A DNA stretch of 63,246 nt, filler included, from 4 parts of 4 records of this genome joined end to end with filler, not necessarily neighbours in it, one strand, 5' to 3'; shown: positions 1-10,427, numbered from the whole stretch's first letter. Program-made: numbers and translations. The notes: generated by a model not told the origin, from the letters alone.

Positions 1-239
1 TCCATCCGTTCATCCGGATGCTTAATTATTCTAGCTAGTCGCACTGGGTCAAGGCAAAAACAGTATCTGGGGCCTCTCGAAGTGGCTTCTTTCCCAATAA
101 ACGGCCGGCTGGACCTAGTTAGCCTGCGAACCACGGCACAGACAGGACCATTTCGCTAAGACATCGTGGGGCCGAATTGGCGCAAGACGCCTGAATGCTG
201 GCAGAGGAACGAGCCGTCAAAGCAACCTGGAGAGTCGCG

Positions 240-299
240 CACTTAGCCAGGAGAGTTGTTCACTCAGCCAGGAGAGTTGTTCATGTAACCAGGCGAAAC
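240..299. repeat. Short tandem repeat, ~21-bp unit (CACTyAGCCAGGAGAGTTGTT x2 plus a degenerate third copy)
   Basis: 240-260 and 261-281 differ at one base; followed by CATGTAACCAGGCGAAAC. Confidence 0.75.
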
Positions 300-319
300 C
301 CCGAAGCTAGAACGACCGT

Positions 320-1849
320 TTAATCAGTCGTCGCCGACTCCAATCGCTTGTCCCAGAATTCTCGGGCGGCCTGCAGGTAGGGTTGTGCGAGCGATTCTGT
401 GCGTCCACCCTTTTTGGCAATTGCCTCTCCTGCTTGCTCGAGCCAAGTGGAGAAATGGTTGACGGCCTTGCGACTGATCCGCGGCTGCCCGTCGGCTTCG
501 AAGTAGAAGGGTGCTGTCGAAGCTATCTTGTAGTAGTCGGCATTGCTCGTGATCACGCGAACGACCAGCCAACCACTTTCCGAAATAGTAAGGTTCGGTA
601 TGCGACCGCCGCGGCGAGCGTGCTCGTCCAAGCGAGCTTGATAGAGAGTGCTGCCATTGAAAACAACGTCCAGATAATCCACTTTCTCAGATACCGTCAA
701 CTTCGCCGAAACATCCAATTCAATCGGAGCGTCGCTATTGAAGGGGAAAACGGTCCCTGGAAGTTGACCATTCACTGCAACTCGCAGAAGTGGGCCACTG
801 GTAATGAACGCACTGCCGCTCCGAAGTGAATCCCACCATTGCCGTGTTACCTGCTCTGTGTCTCCCGGATAGGCGACATGGGCATACACCCGATTTCCAC
901 CTAGCCAGTTGCTGCTATTGCCGAACCCACTTCCGGCTGACGGTGGAATCCGAAACCCTGCCTCAAGGACTTGCCAGTAAAGGTACTCGGTCAGCTTTCC
1001 TGGTCCGAGCGCGCCGCGAAAACGCCCAGGTTCAGGGTCGTAAAAAGGGCGAAACTTTCCTTTTCCAAACGAAGTGTCCTCTGCGACCTGATCCGAAAGC
1101 ACTTGAATTGAATCCACTCGCCCGGACGCAAGCCAGATAGGCACGTCGCGAGCCCACAGTCGACGTATCTCGGCGTGTATCGGCAGCGAATTCTCTGCTT
1201 CATTGGTGGTTGCCGCAGGTGGCTCGCCGCGCGCCGCCTTAGCCATCACCAACAACCTGGAACTAGGAAGCTCTCGCGGAACTTCCGCCGGCGGTTGCCA
1301 GCGATGCAGAACTAGCCCACTACCAGATCGATCGTCTACGTAAGCGTAGTCCTCTGCCCAACGCCCATCACGGTAGGTTGCATCAGGGTTGTTGCCAATT
1401 CCGCAAGACATGTGCAATCCATCGGCAACGAGCCAGGGTGCAAACTGTGCGGCCGACTTGCGCACGAATAGATCGCCACCATACCATCCCTCATCGACAA
1501 GATTAGCATGGCGCGGCAATGCGACGACGTCCAACGCCGACGAATTCTTATCCAGAGTAAATCCCCCTCGGCCCTTCGAATACTCGGGCCCGCGAACCAC
1601 CGTAAAGCGGAATTCTCCGGGACGCCCTGAGTAGACAATTGCATCTTGCAGCAGATTCCAGCCGTCTAGGTACCGCCGCCCCCGAGCCTTGACTGGTATT
1701 CCCCGAGCGTTGCGAACTTGGATTCTGGCCGCCAGCGGTTCCCCTGTCTTTTCGTCGCTGACTTCGATTTCCACCTTGCCAGCCTGTCCACGACCGACTG
1801 ACGCGGTCCCAATCACAACCAGAATGGCAAACCAGTAATTGAGTTTCAT
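320..1849 (-). CDS. Secreted CehA/McbA-family (PHP-like) metallohydrolase-domain protein
   Basis: 509 aa; N-terminal signal peptide; 'RGPEY', 'GWYGGDL', 'GFRIPPSAGS', 'FITSGPLL' segments resemble this family. Confidence 0.6.
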   Translation of the reverse strand: MKLNYWFAILVVIGTASVGRGQAGKVEIEVSDEKTGEPLAARIQVRNARGIPVKARGRRYLDGWNLLQDAIVYSGRPGEFRFTVVRGPEYSKGRGGFTLDKNSSALDVVALPRHANLVDEGWYGGDLFVRKSAAQFAPWLVADGLHMSCGIGNNPDATYRDGRWAEDYAYVDDRSGSGLVLHRWQPPAEVPRELPSSRLLVMAKAARGEPPAATTNEAENSLPIHAEIRRLWARDVPIWLASGRVDSIQVLSDQVAEDTSFGKGKFRPFYDPEPGRFRGALGPGKLTEYLYWQVLEAGFRIPPSAGSGFGNSSNWLGGNRVYAHVAYPGDTEQVTRQWWDSLRSGSAFITSGPLLRVAVNGQLPGTVFPFNSDAPIELDVSAKLTVSEKVDYLDVVFNGSTLYQARLDEHARRGGRIPNLTISESGWLVVRVITSNADYYKIASTAPFYFEADGQPRISRKAVNHFSTWLEQAGEAIAKKGGRTESLAQPYLQAAREFWDKRLESATTD

Positions 1850-2206
1850 CGCAGACTACATCCGTCCAGAAATATCCGCCCAGAAATAACGACGACACGA
1901 ATCGCCACCAAGGAAATCAAGCGGCAGCGCGTACGAGCCAGCCTGCCGTTTTGAACCGCAGAGGCCTTTGCAAAACACCTCTAACGCGTCTTTAGTATCT
2001 TAGTGCAGGCTACTTGGTCCCGAAGACAGCACATGGCCTTGGCGTTATACTCCCCGCTGCCTCTGATGATTTGTGCCGAATGCCCGGGTTCTGACACGCG
2101 ATCGACTAGGCTTCCCAACCCCTCGGGGCCATCCCCCAAATTTAAGCAACTGTCCGGAATGACGGCTCTTGGGCTCGTTTTCTGGGCGATTTGACGGCAA
2201 GCGTAA

Positions 2207-3115
2207 ATGGCAGACTGGAAGACGCTTTACCCATTTCAATCGCGGTACCTGGAGATCCCAAAATCTGAGACCTCCACGGATGTCGTCCGGATGCACTATG
2301 TCTCAAGTGGTGGCTCAGACACGGCCGCGCCCGAGCACACTGTGTTGTGCGTCCATGGCAATCCTACATGGTCGTTTACCTATCGCGAAATCCTGAAACA
2401 AGTCAGTGACCAGGCTCGAGTGATTGCCGTTGATCACATTGGATGCGGCCTCAGTGATAAACCGCAGCAATATGATTACTGCCTCGAACGCCACATCGGC
2501 AACCTGGCACGCCTGATTGAGAAGCTCGACCTGCAGAACGTGACGCTAGTGGTTCATGACTGGGGCGGCGCGATCGGTTTTGGCGCGGCGCTTCGACACC
2601 CAACACGCATCAAGCGCTTCTGCGTTCTCAACACGGCAGCCTTCCCGCCACCGTACGTTCCATGGCGCATCTCCGCTTGCCGGATTCCCTGGCTTGGCAA
2701 TTTCGCCATGCGTGGTTTGAATCTTTTCGCAAAGAGCGCTCTGACGATGACGCTGAACCGGCTGCCGAAGCTGGAACCAACCGTTGCATCAGGGCTAATC
2801 GCTCCCTACGGCAATTGGCGAGATCGCATTGGCGTCGCCCGTTTCGTGCAAGACATCCCAACGCGCCGACGCCAAGCCACGTGGCAAGACCTGGCGCGAA
2901 TTGAGCAGAACATGGGACTGTTTTCTGAACACCCTACCGAGATCGTTTGGGGCGAACAAGACTGGTGTTTCCGTATGGAGTGCCTTGAGCGATTCAAGAA
3001 ACTGCTGCCGCACGCCATAGTCAATCAACTTGACGACGTCGGGCACTATGTCATGGAAGAGGCCTCGGACGAAGTCATCGCTGCCGTTCGCAGACTGCTT
3101 GACACGCCTGCGTAG
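2207..3115 (+). CDS. Alpha/beta hydrolase, haloalkane dehalogenase/OleB-like
   Basis: HGNPTW, DHIGCGLSDKP, nucleophile HDWGG, WGEQDWCF, catalytic GHYVME. Confidence 0.85.
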   Translation: MADWKTLYPFQSRYLEIPKSETSTDVVRMHYVSSGGSDTAAPEHTVLCVHGNPTWSFTYREILKQVSDQARVIAVDHIGCGLSDKPQQYDYCLERHIGNLARLIEKLDLQNVTLVVHDWGGAIGFGAALRHPTRIKRFCVLNTAAFPPPYVPWRISACRIPWLGNFAMRGLNLFAKSALTMTLNRLPKLEPTVASGLIAPYGNWRDRIGVARFVQDIPTRRRQATWQDLARIEQNMGLFSEHPTEIVWGEQDWCFRMECLERFKKLLPHAIVNQLDDVGHYVMEEASDEVIAAVRRLLDTPA

Positions 3116-3142
3116 TTTTACGATCGCGTCTCTCGATTCATC

Positions 3143-4111
3143 ATGACAATCCCGCTGGACCGAATCCTCAGCCTCAACAGCGACCAACTCCGCCAAGTAG
3201 TCTGGTCGCTGCAAGACACAGTTGCGCTCGCGTGCATCTTAGAAGCCGCGAGTCCAAAGCTGGGCAATGTCCATCCTGACGCCTGCTTCGATGACATGAC
3301 CTTTGACACCTTCGTCACTAGTGCAAACGTAATCGCTGCCACTCTTACGCTGCCAATGGAACCGCTTGGCGCTCGTTGCTTAAGCTCAGCCAAAGCAATG
3401 CGAGCTACCACAAACACCAACCCTCACCTGGGAACCCTTCTGCTTCTTGCGCCTTTGGTCATGGCGGCTGAAAATCTCACCGCACAGGATCAACGAAACG
3501 CAAAGGAACTTCAGCCAAGCTGCGATGCCGTACAGATTCCCGCGAGGTGTATTGACACGGTCAATCTCCAGCAAGAAACCAACACAGTTTTGAAATCGCT
3601 GACGGCTCAAGACGCCCAAGACGTCTACTCAGCGATCCGTGCCGCAAAACCAGGTGGACTAGGACAAAGCGATGAACACGACGTCAACTCCAGTCCGCCT
3701 GCGAGCCTACTGGAAGCCATGTCCTTGGCGTCAGATCGAGACCTCGTCGCTCGTCAGTACACAAGCGGGTTTGAGGACATTTTCCAGTCGCTGGTTCCCA
3801 TGTTGCATGGAGAACTTGCCGATAACACTCCACTGGACGCAATCTCGCGATTCCAAATTCACGCTCTCGCGTGGCAGCCCGATAGCTTAATTGCTCGTAA
3901 GTGCGGTCTGGATACAGCCATCGAGATCCAAAACGCAGCCACCAAGCTGGCTGCCCAAATCTCAGTGGATTCCTCGATCCAGCCAAGCAACCTGCCTGAG
4001 TGGCAAAGACTTGACCAAGAGATGCGGCGTGAAGGCAACCGTCTCAACCCTGGAACCATTGCCGATCTGATTGCCGCCAGTCTCTTCGTTTCACTGGTGA
4101 CAACCAAGTGA
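3143..4111 (+). CDS. citG: Triphosphoribosyl-dephospho-CoA synthase (CitG) family protein
   Basis: LEAASPKLGNVH, NTNPHLGTLLL, DSLIARKCG and NPGTIADL motifs. Confidence 0.8.
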   Translation: MTIPLDRILSLNSDQLRQVVWSLQDTVALACILEAASPKLGNVHPDACFDDMTFDTFVTSANVIAATLTLPMEPLGARCLSSAKAMRATTNTNPHLGTLLLLAPLVMAAENLTAQDQRNAKELQPSCDAVQIPARCIDTVNLQQETNTVLKSLTAQDAQDVYSAIRAAKPGGLGQSDEHDVNSSPPASLLEAMSLASDRDLVARQYTSGFEDIFQSLVPMLHGELADNTPLDAISRFQIHALAWQPDSLIARKCGLDTAIEIQNAATKLAAQISVDSSIQPSNLPEWQRLDQEMRREGNRLNPGTIADLIAASLFVSLVTTK

Positions 4112-4199
4112 TGGCTTCAGCCGAGATCGAACGCACTTCGAAGACGACACCGCGAAGGACGACCACAGGGTGCAAACGTGCGTTTTAAGCGTCTTCGTT

Positions 4200-7100
4200 T
4201 TATTTTGCTGGTGGACTTGCCTCGCGAATTTCAGCACCGAGATTCTCATCAAGGACCAGGATTGCGAAACGCTCAACCGAGTCCAAATCGTTGGTGCTGA
4301 GAGTCACATAGTCGAAGTATCCACGCAAATCAGTATAGCCATCTTTGTAAAACCGAGTCGTTCCGTTGCGGAGCTTTGCGTAGACCTTGACGTAAGCCGC
4401 CTCAACAGGAGCGCTGGTGGCGGACGCGCGAACACGCACCTGACCAAAACTCTCTGCCACTTCACAGCCCAGTCCGCTCGGCGTCATCAAAGCCGTCTGC
4501 GACAGCCCACCACCAGTAGCCTCCACAATCAGGTTCTTATTGGCAAGCTGTTTCGGCGGAGCGAGTCGTTGCGGACCATCCACTGACGTATCGATGGTAA
4601 CTGAAGCATTGGGGGCAATTGCAGGAAGCTGTTGCCCTTTCAGCCCGACGAACGGCCGACGACTGAACAGTAGTTCAACATCCATTACGTAGAAATTGAC
4701 TTTCAACGAATCCAGATTGCTGTATTGCAACTCGACATTCTGCGAATCTACGTTCAACGCCAAAGTACCCGCACGCTCCGCGCCGCTCTCATTGGTGGCA
4801 TCTCGCCGCATGATTGCATCATCCGCTTCACTTGCACCCTGGGCAGACTTGGCACCAGCGATCAGTGCGTCGCGTGTGGCAAGCTGCGACAGCACAGCTT
4901 GAAAACTGCTTTGCCATCGGTCGACGGGATATTCTTCATACTTGGCTGCGACCTCTTTCGCTTGCTCATAATCGCCTGTCGAAAATGCCAGATACGCTGT
5001 TAAATAGTCAAACTGCATCTGGGCTGTAACATCCTCACGTTTGACCGCTGCAAACATCTCAACTGCTTCTGCGATGCGATTCTGAAGCAACAGATAGTAA
5101 ACGACTTGTAAGCGATCACTTGGACTTGGCCCGGGTTGGTACGCAATTAAATGGAGCAGTTGGGAATACTGAGCGGCCAGATCTGAGTTGAGAATGACCC
5201 GTTTCGGCCCGAGCATGTGAATCCTGGCGAGAACCAATGGCCGGAATTCGACGTGCTCAAACTCCTTCCGTTCAACTTGACTGGTAACCAGCACAGGGGA
5301 ATCGATTGCAGGTCCAACTCGTGAGTGAAGCGCCGGCGCCATTCGCAACAGTTGCCGCATCCGTGCTTGATCCAAGTGCTTAACTGCATATGCCCACAAC
5401 ACAGGCTCGTAGTGACCACGCTCAGCCAACACGGTTGTAATCGCCGCGAACGCATCTTTATCGGACATGCGGAACGCCAGACGTTCGAGGTTGAGCTGGT
5501 CAACGTTGGCAGTCGCCAAGTAATCGACGACTTCCTTAGTGGTAGCCCAATCAGCAATGTACTCCCACGACTTAGCATTCGCCTGCATCCGTTTCTCATG
5601 AACGACGATATTTTGCGTCGGTGCGGCTGCCAAGGCTACTCCATCGGCTGAGACTTGAGCACCGAAGTGCTGGAACTCGCCCGGAGCAGGAAAATAGAAT
5701 TCATACTGAGTTTGATAGGTGCTGAAGGCCGCGATCTCATTCGACACACTCTGCGTGCTTCGTCCGCCAGACAGTGGAATGGAACCAGCCGGGCACTGAT
5801 AAAGCAGATCAAACGTCCGCTTCTCATTGGTTGGGTTCGACACAACGATCTTGGCAGTATAAGGTCGGCCGATAACACACTGGGCTACATCAACCGGTTT
5901 GTCATTGCCGTCACTAGCAAAGATCTCCTGGCCGATGAACAACTGAATCGCTTTGCTCTCGTCAGCCGATTCTGTTTCACGGATTGCCTCCAGCATGACA
6001 ACCGCTGGAGCCTTCGCAGTCAGTGAAATCCCATCATCTGTGGAGGTGAATTCAACGGGCTGTGACTCCTCTGGCAAGTCCGCCAGGGCGAGCGCCAGCA
6101 ACGCTTCCGAGAGCTTTCGGACCGGTAGTTCAACATTGGTCGGCAGCAACGGCTTGCCACCAGAGTCTAGAGCCTCTTTCCAGAATGCCGACGCGCCAAT
6201 GAAATCCGAATCTTGCTCGGCGATTCTGGTCCGGAAATAATTTGATTCGACCCAACGCCGTGTAGTCGCTAACGATTGGAACAGCTTGGGACTCGATTTT
6301 CGGGAAAGTCGTTCGACTCCGAAGAACTGATCTTCCGCACTTGCTCGGCTCATCGTCCGGCGTCCGCGCCCTCCAAAACCGCCGCCACCACGCCCCGGTG
6401 CAGGCGCCTCCGGCACAGCGAAATTCAAATCGCTGCTCTCCGTTTCGTCGAGATCAGCGAACACTCCGTCTGACAAAGCCACTTGCTCAAGAGCCGTCCC
6501 CATCAACCCCGCATCAAAGTACATCCGCCGCAGTCGCAGATCAGTAGGAAGCGCTTCGACCTGCCGCTCCATCAAATCCTCTATCATCCGTTTGCGGTCT
6601 GGCATCCGGCTTGCCAAGAGCACCAACTCCGCAGCGTTCAATTCACGGAGGCGCGGCAGCTCAAGATACGGACTGAGATCCATTTCCAGTAGAAAATGAT
6701 CAACAAACTGTTTGCTCATTTTTTGCTGGACAAACGGTCGCACAACCTCTTCAAAGAACGCTGTATCCTTGAAATAGATAAACACGTTCAGCTCATGGCA
6801 TGCATGTTTGCTGTAGAGCACCAGTTTTTCATCGGGTGGCAGTTTGTTCCAGCGGGTGACAAAACGCAACTTCTCCCAGTTGGGATCTTTCAAAATTGAA
6901 CCGTAGAACTGGAACAGTCCGTTCAACGTAGTGTACGTTTGCAGCCGTGGCGACGCAGAACGGTCAAAACGCAGGCTTTCACCTGGAGCGAGTATCTGCA
7001 CCTCGCGAACCTGCAACAGAGTCTTTGCCGAGTCAAGGCCCTGAGCAAGTCTCATGTCACGAGTCTCGATTTCCGCCAGCGGCAAAGTCACTTCAGCAGA

Positions 7101-10100
7101 GTCTGTTCCAGCCGGATCAACGACATGCACCTCAACAAAGCTACATCCCTCTAGCGCTTCAGCGTTTACGCTCACTTTGCCTTCAACAACCGGCAGATTC
7201 AGCAGCGCTGCTGCGGGCGATGCAAGGAATTCAAAACTGTTTGAGACGCTACTCCTGCGCGACTCAGGCTCAGCCTCCGCGGCGAGAGGCTGTGCTGCAG
7301 ACATTGGTCTGTCTGATTGTTCAGCCAGTTTGTCACCAGCCCTCGCGTCCAAACGACTGTTCTCACTGGTGGCAATATCCCAAGGATGAATCAGCAGCGA
7401 GGGGCTGGGGAGCATATTGCCTGGAAAACGCTCCTGCCCCCGACGTTTTAGAATGTAATCGTATTCTTCGTCCAATTTCAATGAGTTCAGGAACTGGCTG
7501 CGTGGCGCTGGGAAGTTGAGCGAATATGGACTCCGTATCGGCCACTTAGGCCCGGTGCCATTTTCAGTGGGGCGAAACGGCGACGCTACGATGTGAACCC
7601 GTGTTCCGGGACCAGCGTTAGCAATATCAACTTGTATACCGCCAGCCTGCGTTTCTACATTTTTGATTGTGGGTTGCTCGAGGCGCTCGATCTCGACGAT
7701 TCGCTCTCTGTGAGTGACAAAGTCACCATTGCCCACCGCTGCATCGCCCATAGATTTGACGACACCAATACGCATTGTGCGATTCGTATAGTGATTCTGG
7801 TAGAGATAGTTGCCAGGCTCTAGCGATTGGCACTCGATTGCACCTCCTTCGACACTCAGCTTTTCACTAAGGTCGTCAGTTGGTTTCTGTTTACCGACGA
7901 CACGCCAAAGCGACAGCATCCCTGAATCAACACCGGTCAGGTCCGAAGCCTTGCCAATCGTAAACGCTTCGCCTGCTGGCACGTTCAAGTAACGCGGCCC
8001 ACTTCGGTTCGGCCGATCAACAACAATGACCTGCTCTGGAATCTTGTCAGCGGAAATACGGACTTCTCGAATTCCCTCCAAGCGTCCCAGCTTGATTTGC
8101 CCGGCTACATTGGTCGCCATGTCAATCGTGACAGGTCGTTTGACGAATTGTGAGTAGAGTGAAATTGACAGCCGCCGTGCTGGCAGCGGCTCTCCATTTC
8201 TGCCTCGCAGTTGTAGCTGGTACTCTCCGTCGAGCTCGGTGACGTACACTGCCCCAACCCAATTGGTTTTGAGCAACCCGTTGCACTCTAGAGAATGAGA
8301 CGCCTCGACAGTCTGATACTCACCATCAGAAACTCGCTTGACGCGACCAGACAATTTCAGAGTCACATTGGCAAGACGCATTGGCACGCTGAAGGAATGC
8401 TCAAGGTCGATCGCATCGGACAAGGCCAGGTCCGTCACAGTTTTTGTTGAAGTCGTGCCGTCCAGGTCTGTTGCAAAAATCTCGAGCTTCGCGTCTTCTA
8501 GCAGCTCAAGGCTAACGGCCCGATCGCCAACACTGAGCCGTGCAGCGAGGAGTGCCGTCGCTACGTTTCCACCAACAAGACTCTGAAGGTTGAGCAAAAA
8601 ACTAGCAGCAAGGGAATATCGTTCGGCTTCATGAAGCATCGTCTGCCGAGCCGCAAACTCGCCGTCGATCAACAACAACTCGCGAGTCACCGGCCTGTTG
8701 GCAAACGGCAACAAAATGTCACCATCAGCATCGGCTGTGTACGTCGTACCTTGAAGCTCAACCTCGGCGTCCCGCAAAATACTCCCGTCATCATCGCGGA
8801 CCTGGACGATTTGGCCTGCGTCGCTAATTCGATAAGTTGCGATCAAGCGGCCCTTTTGAATCACAGCTCTCGATCGAGTGCCTGCACCGAGAAGATCGAC
8901 CACCCACGCACCGCGTCCAGTTAATTGTGGAAGCGCAATTTCTTCCACGTGCCGTCGCTCGGCTGCATACTCATACTCAAGCTGCTGTTCGATGGCTGGA
9001 ATCATTCCGTCCAGGTCGATATCCGTGCTCAACCGTTTAGAGCTTCGACGGTAGAAATTCTTCAAGCTCAACTCGTAGACACGAACCGTCAACTCAGGAA
9101 CATTCTTCAGCTCCACCTTGAGCTTGACTGCATCATCGACCGCGTACAGAGCGTCGTTGTTCGGTGCAAAACGCAGTTCAACGCGTGACTTGATTTCCTG
9201 CTGCTCACGCGGCGACAGCTTTGCAAACCAGATGGAAGCATCGCCTACTCCAGCCAGGATTTTTGTTTCTGCAAACAGACGATCAAGATATCCACGGTCG
9301 ATCCAAGGCGCAAAACCGCCAACATCATCAGCATTTTCAAGGAAGTGCATCAGATGACGCCTCACCAACTCGGTGTCGTCGCCAAGAGGTGCAAGCGGAA
9401 CAGAGCCATTGATTGAATAATTGAAATCCGCCAGATTCCTGCTTCTACCTCGCTGTTTGATGTAGTAGGCAGCCGATCTTGGAATTGCCAAATACGTTTC
9501 AAAGAGCTCGCGATCGTAGTGTCCTTCGGAGATATTCAACTTGAGGAGGTTTCCAAGAATGAGAGCCCGCAAGCTGATTTGCGACTCAGGCAGCGACCGC
9601 GTTGTCGCCTCGGCTCGCACCAAGTAGCTACGAAGCACGGCTGGGTCGGACAGATCGCCATCACTCGGCAACTGACGCGCCAGGTATTCTTCAACAAATC
9701 TCGACTGCTCCCACACGGCAGGCATTCTTGCTGCGAGCCTGTCCAATTGCTCGATGGTTAATAGTCCATGTACTCTCGCCCAGCCAAAGCCCTTTGTGTC
9801 GCGCGTCGCAAGCTCTTGTGCGATTAGATCAACAACGCCGTTGAGGTCGCTTCGAGTCAGTTGACCGACCAGAGCGCGGATCTGCTCGGGCGTAAGCTTA
9901 GCATCCAAGACCTGCCAAAGGCCCCACTGGGTTAACGACTGCAATCCGCGGTCTTGACTGATCGCATCACGAATCAGTTTCTTCGAGTTGATTTTCTCGG
10001 CCGGCAAAACTGACGGGTATTCGGCAGTTACGTCCTGGCTGGGTGGCTGGTGATTGAGTCGCAGCCCAAGCTCGCGACGGACACTCTCTGCAGCCACTTC

Positions 10101-10427
10101 TGGAGCGGCACCATAGTTTAGGAGCGACTGCCGAAGGCGCATCGACTTCAGGCGTGAGCTTCTCGGAAACGCGCCCTGCCACTTCTGCAGCACCGCCTCC
10201 GACTCTGCAAGTTGCTGTTCGTTCTGGTGGTGCAAACAACTGTAGAAAAAGAAATCATCAGTCCCTGGTATCAGCTCAGAGATCGCTTCGCGGCGGTCTT
10301 CCGCGAGGGCAAAGTCTTCAACGAATCCAATTTCGGTTTGGGCTTCCAAGCGGCTGACTCCAATCGCTACGAAACACAGGATAATAATGAAAATGCGTCT
10401 ATCTTGTCGCATTTCGAAGCTCTCCAA
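4200..10427 (-). CDS. Very large secreted hypothetical protein with alpha-2-macroglobulin-like modules
   Basis: Uninterrupted 2075-aa ORF; signal-peptide-like N-terminus; two similar beta-rich modules; C-terminal YVKVY...FYKDGYTDLRG motif. Confidence 0.75.
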   Translation of the reverse strand: MESFEMRQDRRIFIIILCFVAIGVSRLEAQTEIGFVEDFALAEDRREAISELIPGTDDFFFYSCLHHQNEQQLAESEAVLQKWQGAFPRSSRLKSMRLRQSLLNYGAAPEVAAESVRRELGLRLNHQPPSQDVTAEYPSVLPAEKINSKKLIRDAISQDRGLQSLTQWGLWQVLDAKLTPEQIRALVGQLTRSDLNGVVDLIAQELATRDTKGFGWARVHGLLTIEQLDRLAARMPAVWEQSRFVEEYLARQLPSDGDLSDPAVLRSYLVRAEATTRSLPESQISLRALILGNLLKLNISEGHYDRELFETYLAIPRSAAYYIKQRGRSRNLADFNYSINGSVPLAPLGDDTELVRRHLMHFLENADDVGGFAPWIDRGYLDRLFAETKILAGVGDASIWFAKLSPREQQEIKSRVELRFAPNNDALYAVDDAVKLKVELKNVPELTVRVYELSLKNFYRRSSKRLSTDIDLDGMIPAIEQQLEYEYAAERRHVEEIALPQLTGRGAWVVDLLGAGTRSRAVIQKGRLIATYRISDAGQIVQVRDDDGSILRDAEVELQGTTYTADADGDILLPFANRPVTRELLLIDGEFAARQTMLHEAERYSLAASFLLNLQSLVGGNVATALLAARLSVGDRAVSLELLEDAKLEIFATDLDGTTSTKTVTDLALSDAIDLEHSFSVPMRLANVTLKLSGRVKRVSDGEYQTVEASHSLECNGLLKTNWVGAVYVTELDGEYQLQLRGRNGEPLPARRLSISLYSQFVKRPVTIDMATNVAGQIKLGRLEGIREVRISADKIPEQVIVVDRPNRSGPRYLNVPAGEAFTIGKASDLTGVDSGMLSLWRVVGKQKPTDDLSEKLSVEGGAIECQSLEPGNYLYQNHYTNRTMRIGVVKSMGDAAVGNGDFVTHRERIVEIERLEQPTIKNVETQAGGIQVDIANAGPGTRVHIVASPFRPTENGTGPKWPIRSPYSLNFPAPRSQFLNSLKLDEEYDYILKRRGQERFPGNMLPSPSLLIHPWDIATSENSRLDARAGDKLAEQSDRPMSAAQPLAAEAEPESRRSSVSNSFEFLASPAAALLNLPVVEGKVSVNAEALEGCSFVEVHVVDPAGTDSAEVTLPLAEIETRDMRLAQGLDSAKTLLQVREVQILAPGESLRFDRSASPRLQTYTTLNGLFQFYGSILKDPNWEKLRFVTRWNKLPPDEKLVLYSKHACHELNVFIYFKDTAFFEEVVRPFVQQKMSKQFVDHFLLEMDLSPYLELPRLRELNAAELVLLASRMPDRKRMIEDLMERQVEALPTDLRLRRMYFDAGLMGTALEQVALSDGVFADLDETESSDLNFAVPEAPAPGRGGGGFGGRGRRTMSRASAEDQFFGVERLSRKSSPKLFQSLATTRRWVESNYFRTRIAEQDSDFIGASAFWKEALDSGGKPLLPTNVELPVRKLSEALLALALADLPEESQPVEFTSTDDGISLTAKAPAVVMLEAIRETESADESKAIQLFIGQEIFASDGNDKPVDVAQCVIGRPYTAKIVVSNPTNEKRTFDLLYQCPAGSIPLSGGRSTQSVSNEIAAFSTYQTQYEFYFPAPGEFQHFGAQVSADGVALAAAPTQNIVVHEKRMQANAKSWEYIADWATTKEVVDYLATANVDQLNLERLAFRMSDKDAFAAITTVLAERGHYEPVLWAYAVKHLDQARMRQLLRMAPALHSRVGPAIDSPVLVTSQVERKEFEHVEFRPLVLARIHMLGPKRVILNSDLAAQYSQLLHLIAYQPGPSPSDRLQVVYYLLLQNRIAEAVEMFAAVKREDVTAQMQFDYLTAYLAFSTGDYEQAKEVAAKYEEYPVDRWQSSFQAVLSQLATRDALIAGAKSAQGASEADDAIMRRDATNESGAERAGTLALNVDSQNVELQYSNLDSLKVNFYVMDVELLFSRRPFVGLKGQQLPAIAPNASVTIDTSVDGPQRLAPPKQLANKNLIVEATGGGLSQTALMTPSGLGCEVAESFGQVRVRASATSAPVEAAYVKVYAKLRNGTTRFYKDGYTDLRGYFDYVTLSTNDLDSVERFAILVLDENLGAEIREASPPAK

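Noticed and set aside
240-299. Possible mini CRISPR array
   Set aside because: Repeats abut with no spacers and there are no cas genes; no CRISPR array was seen anywhere in the window
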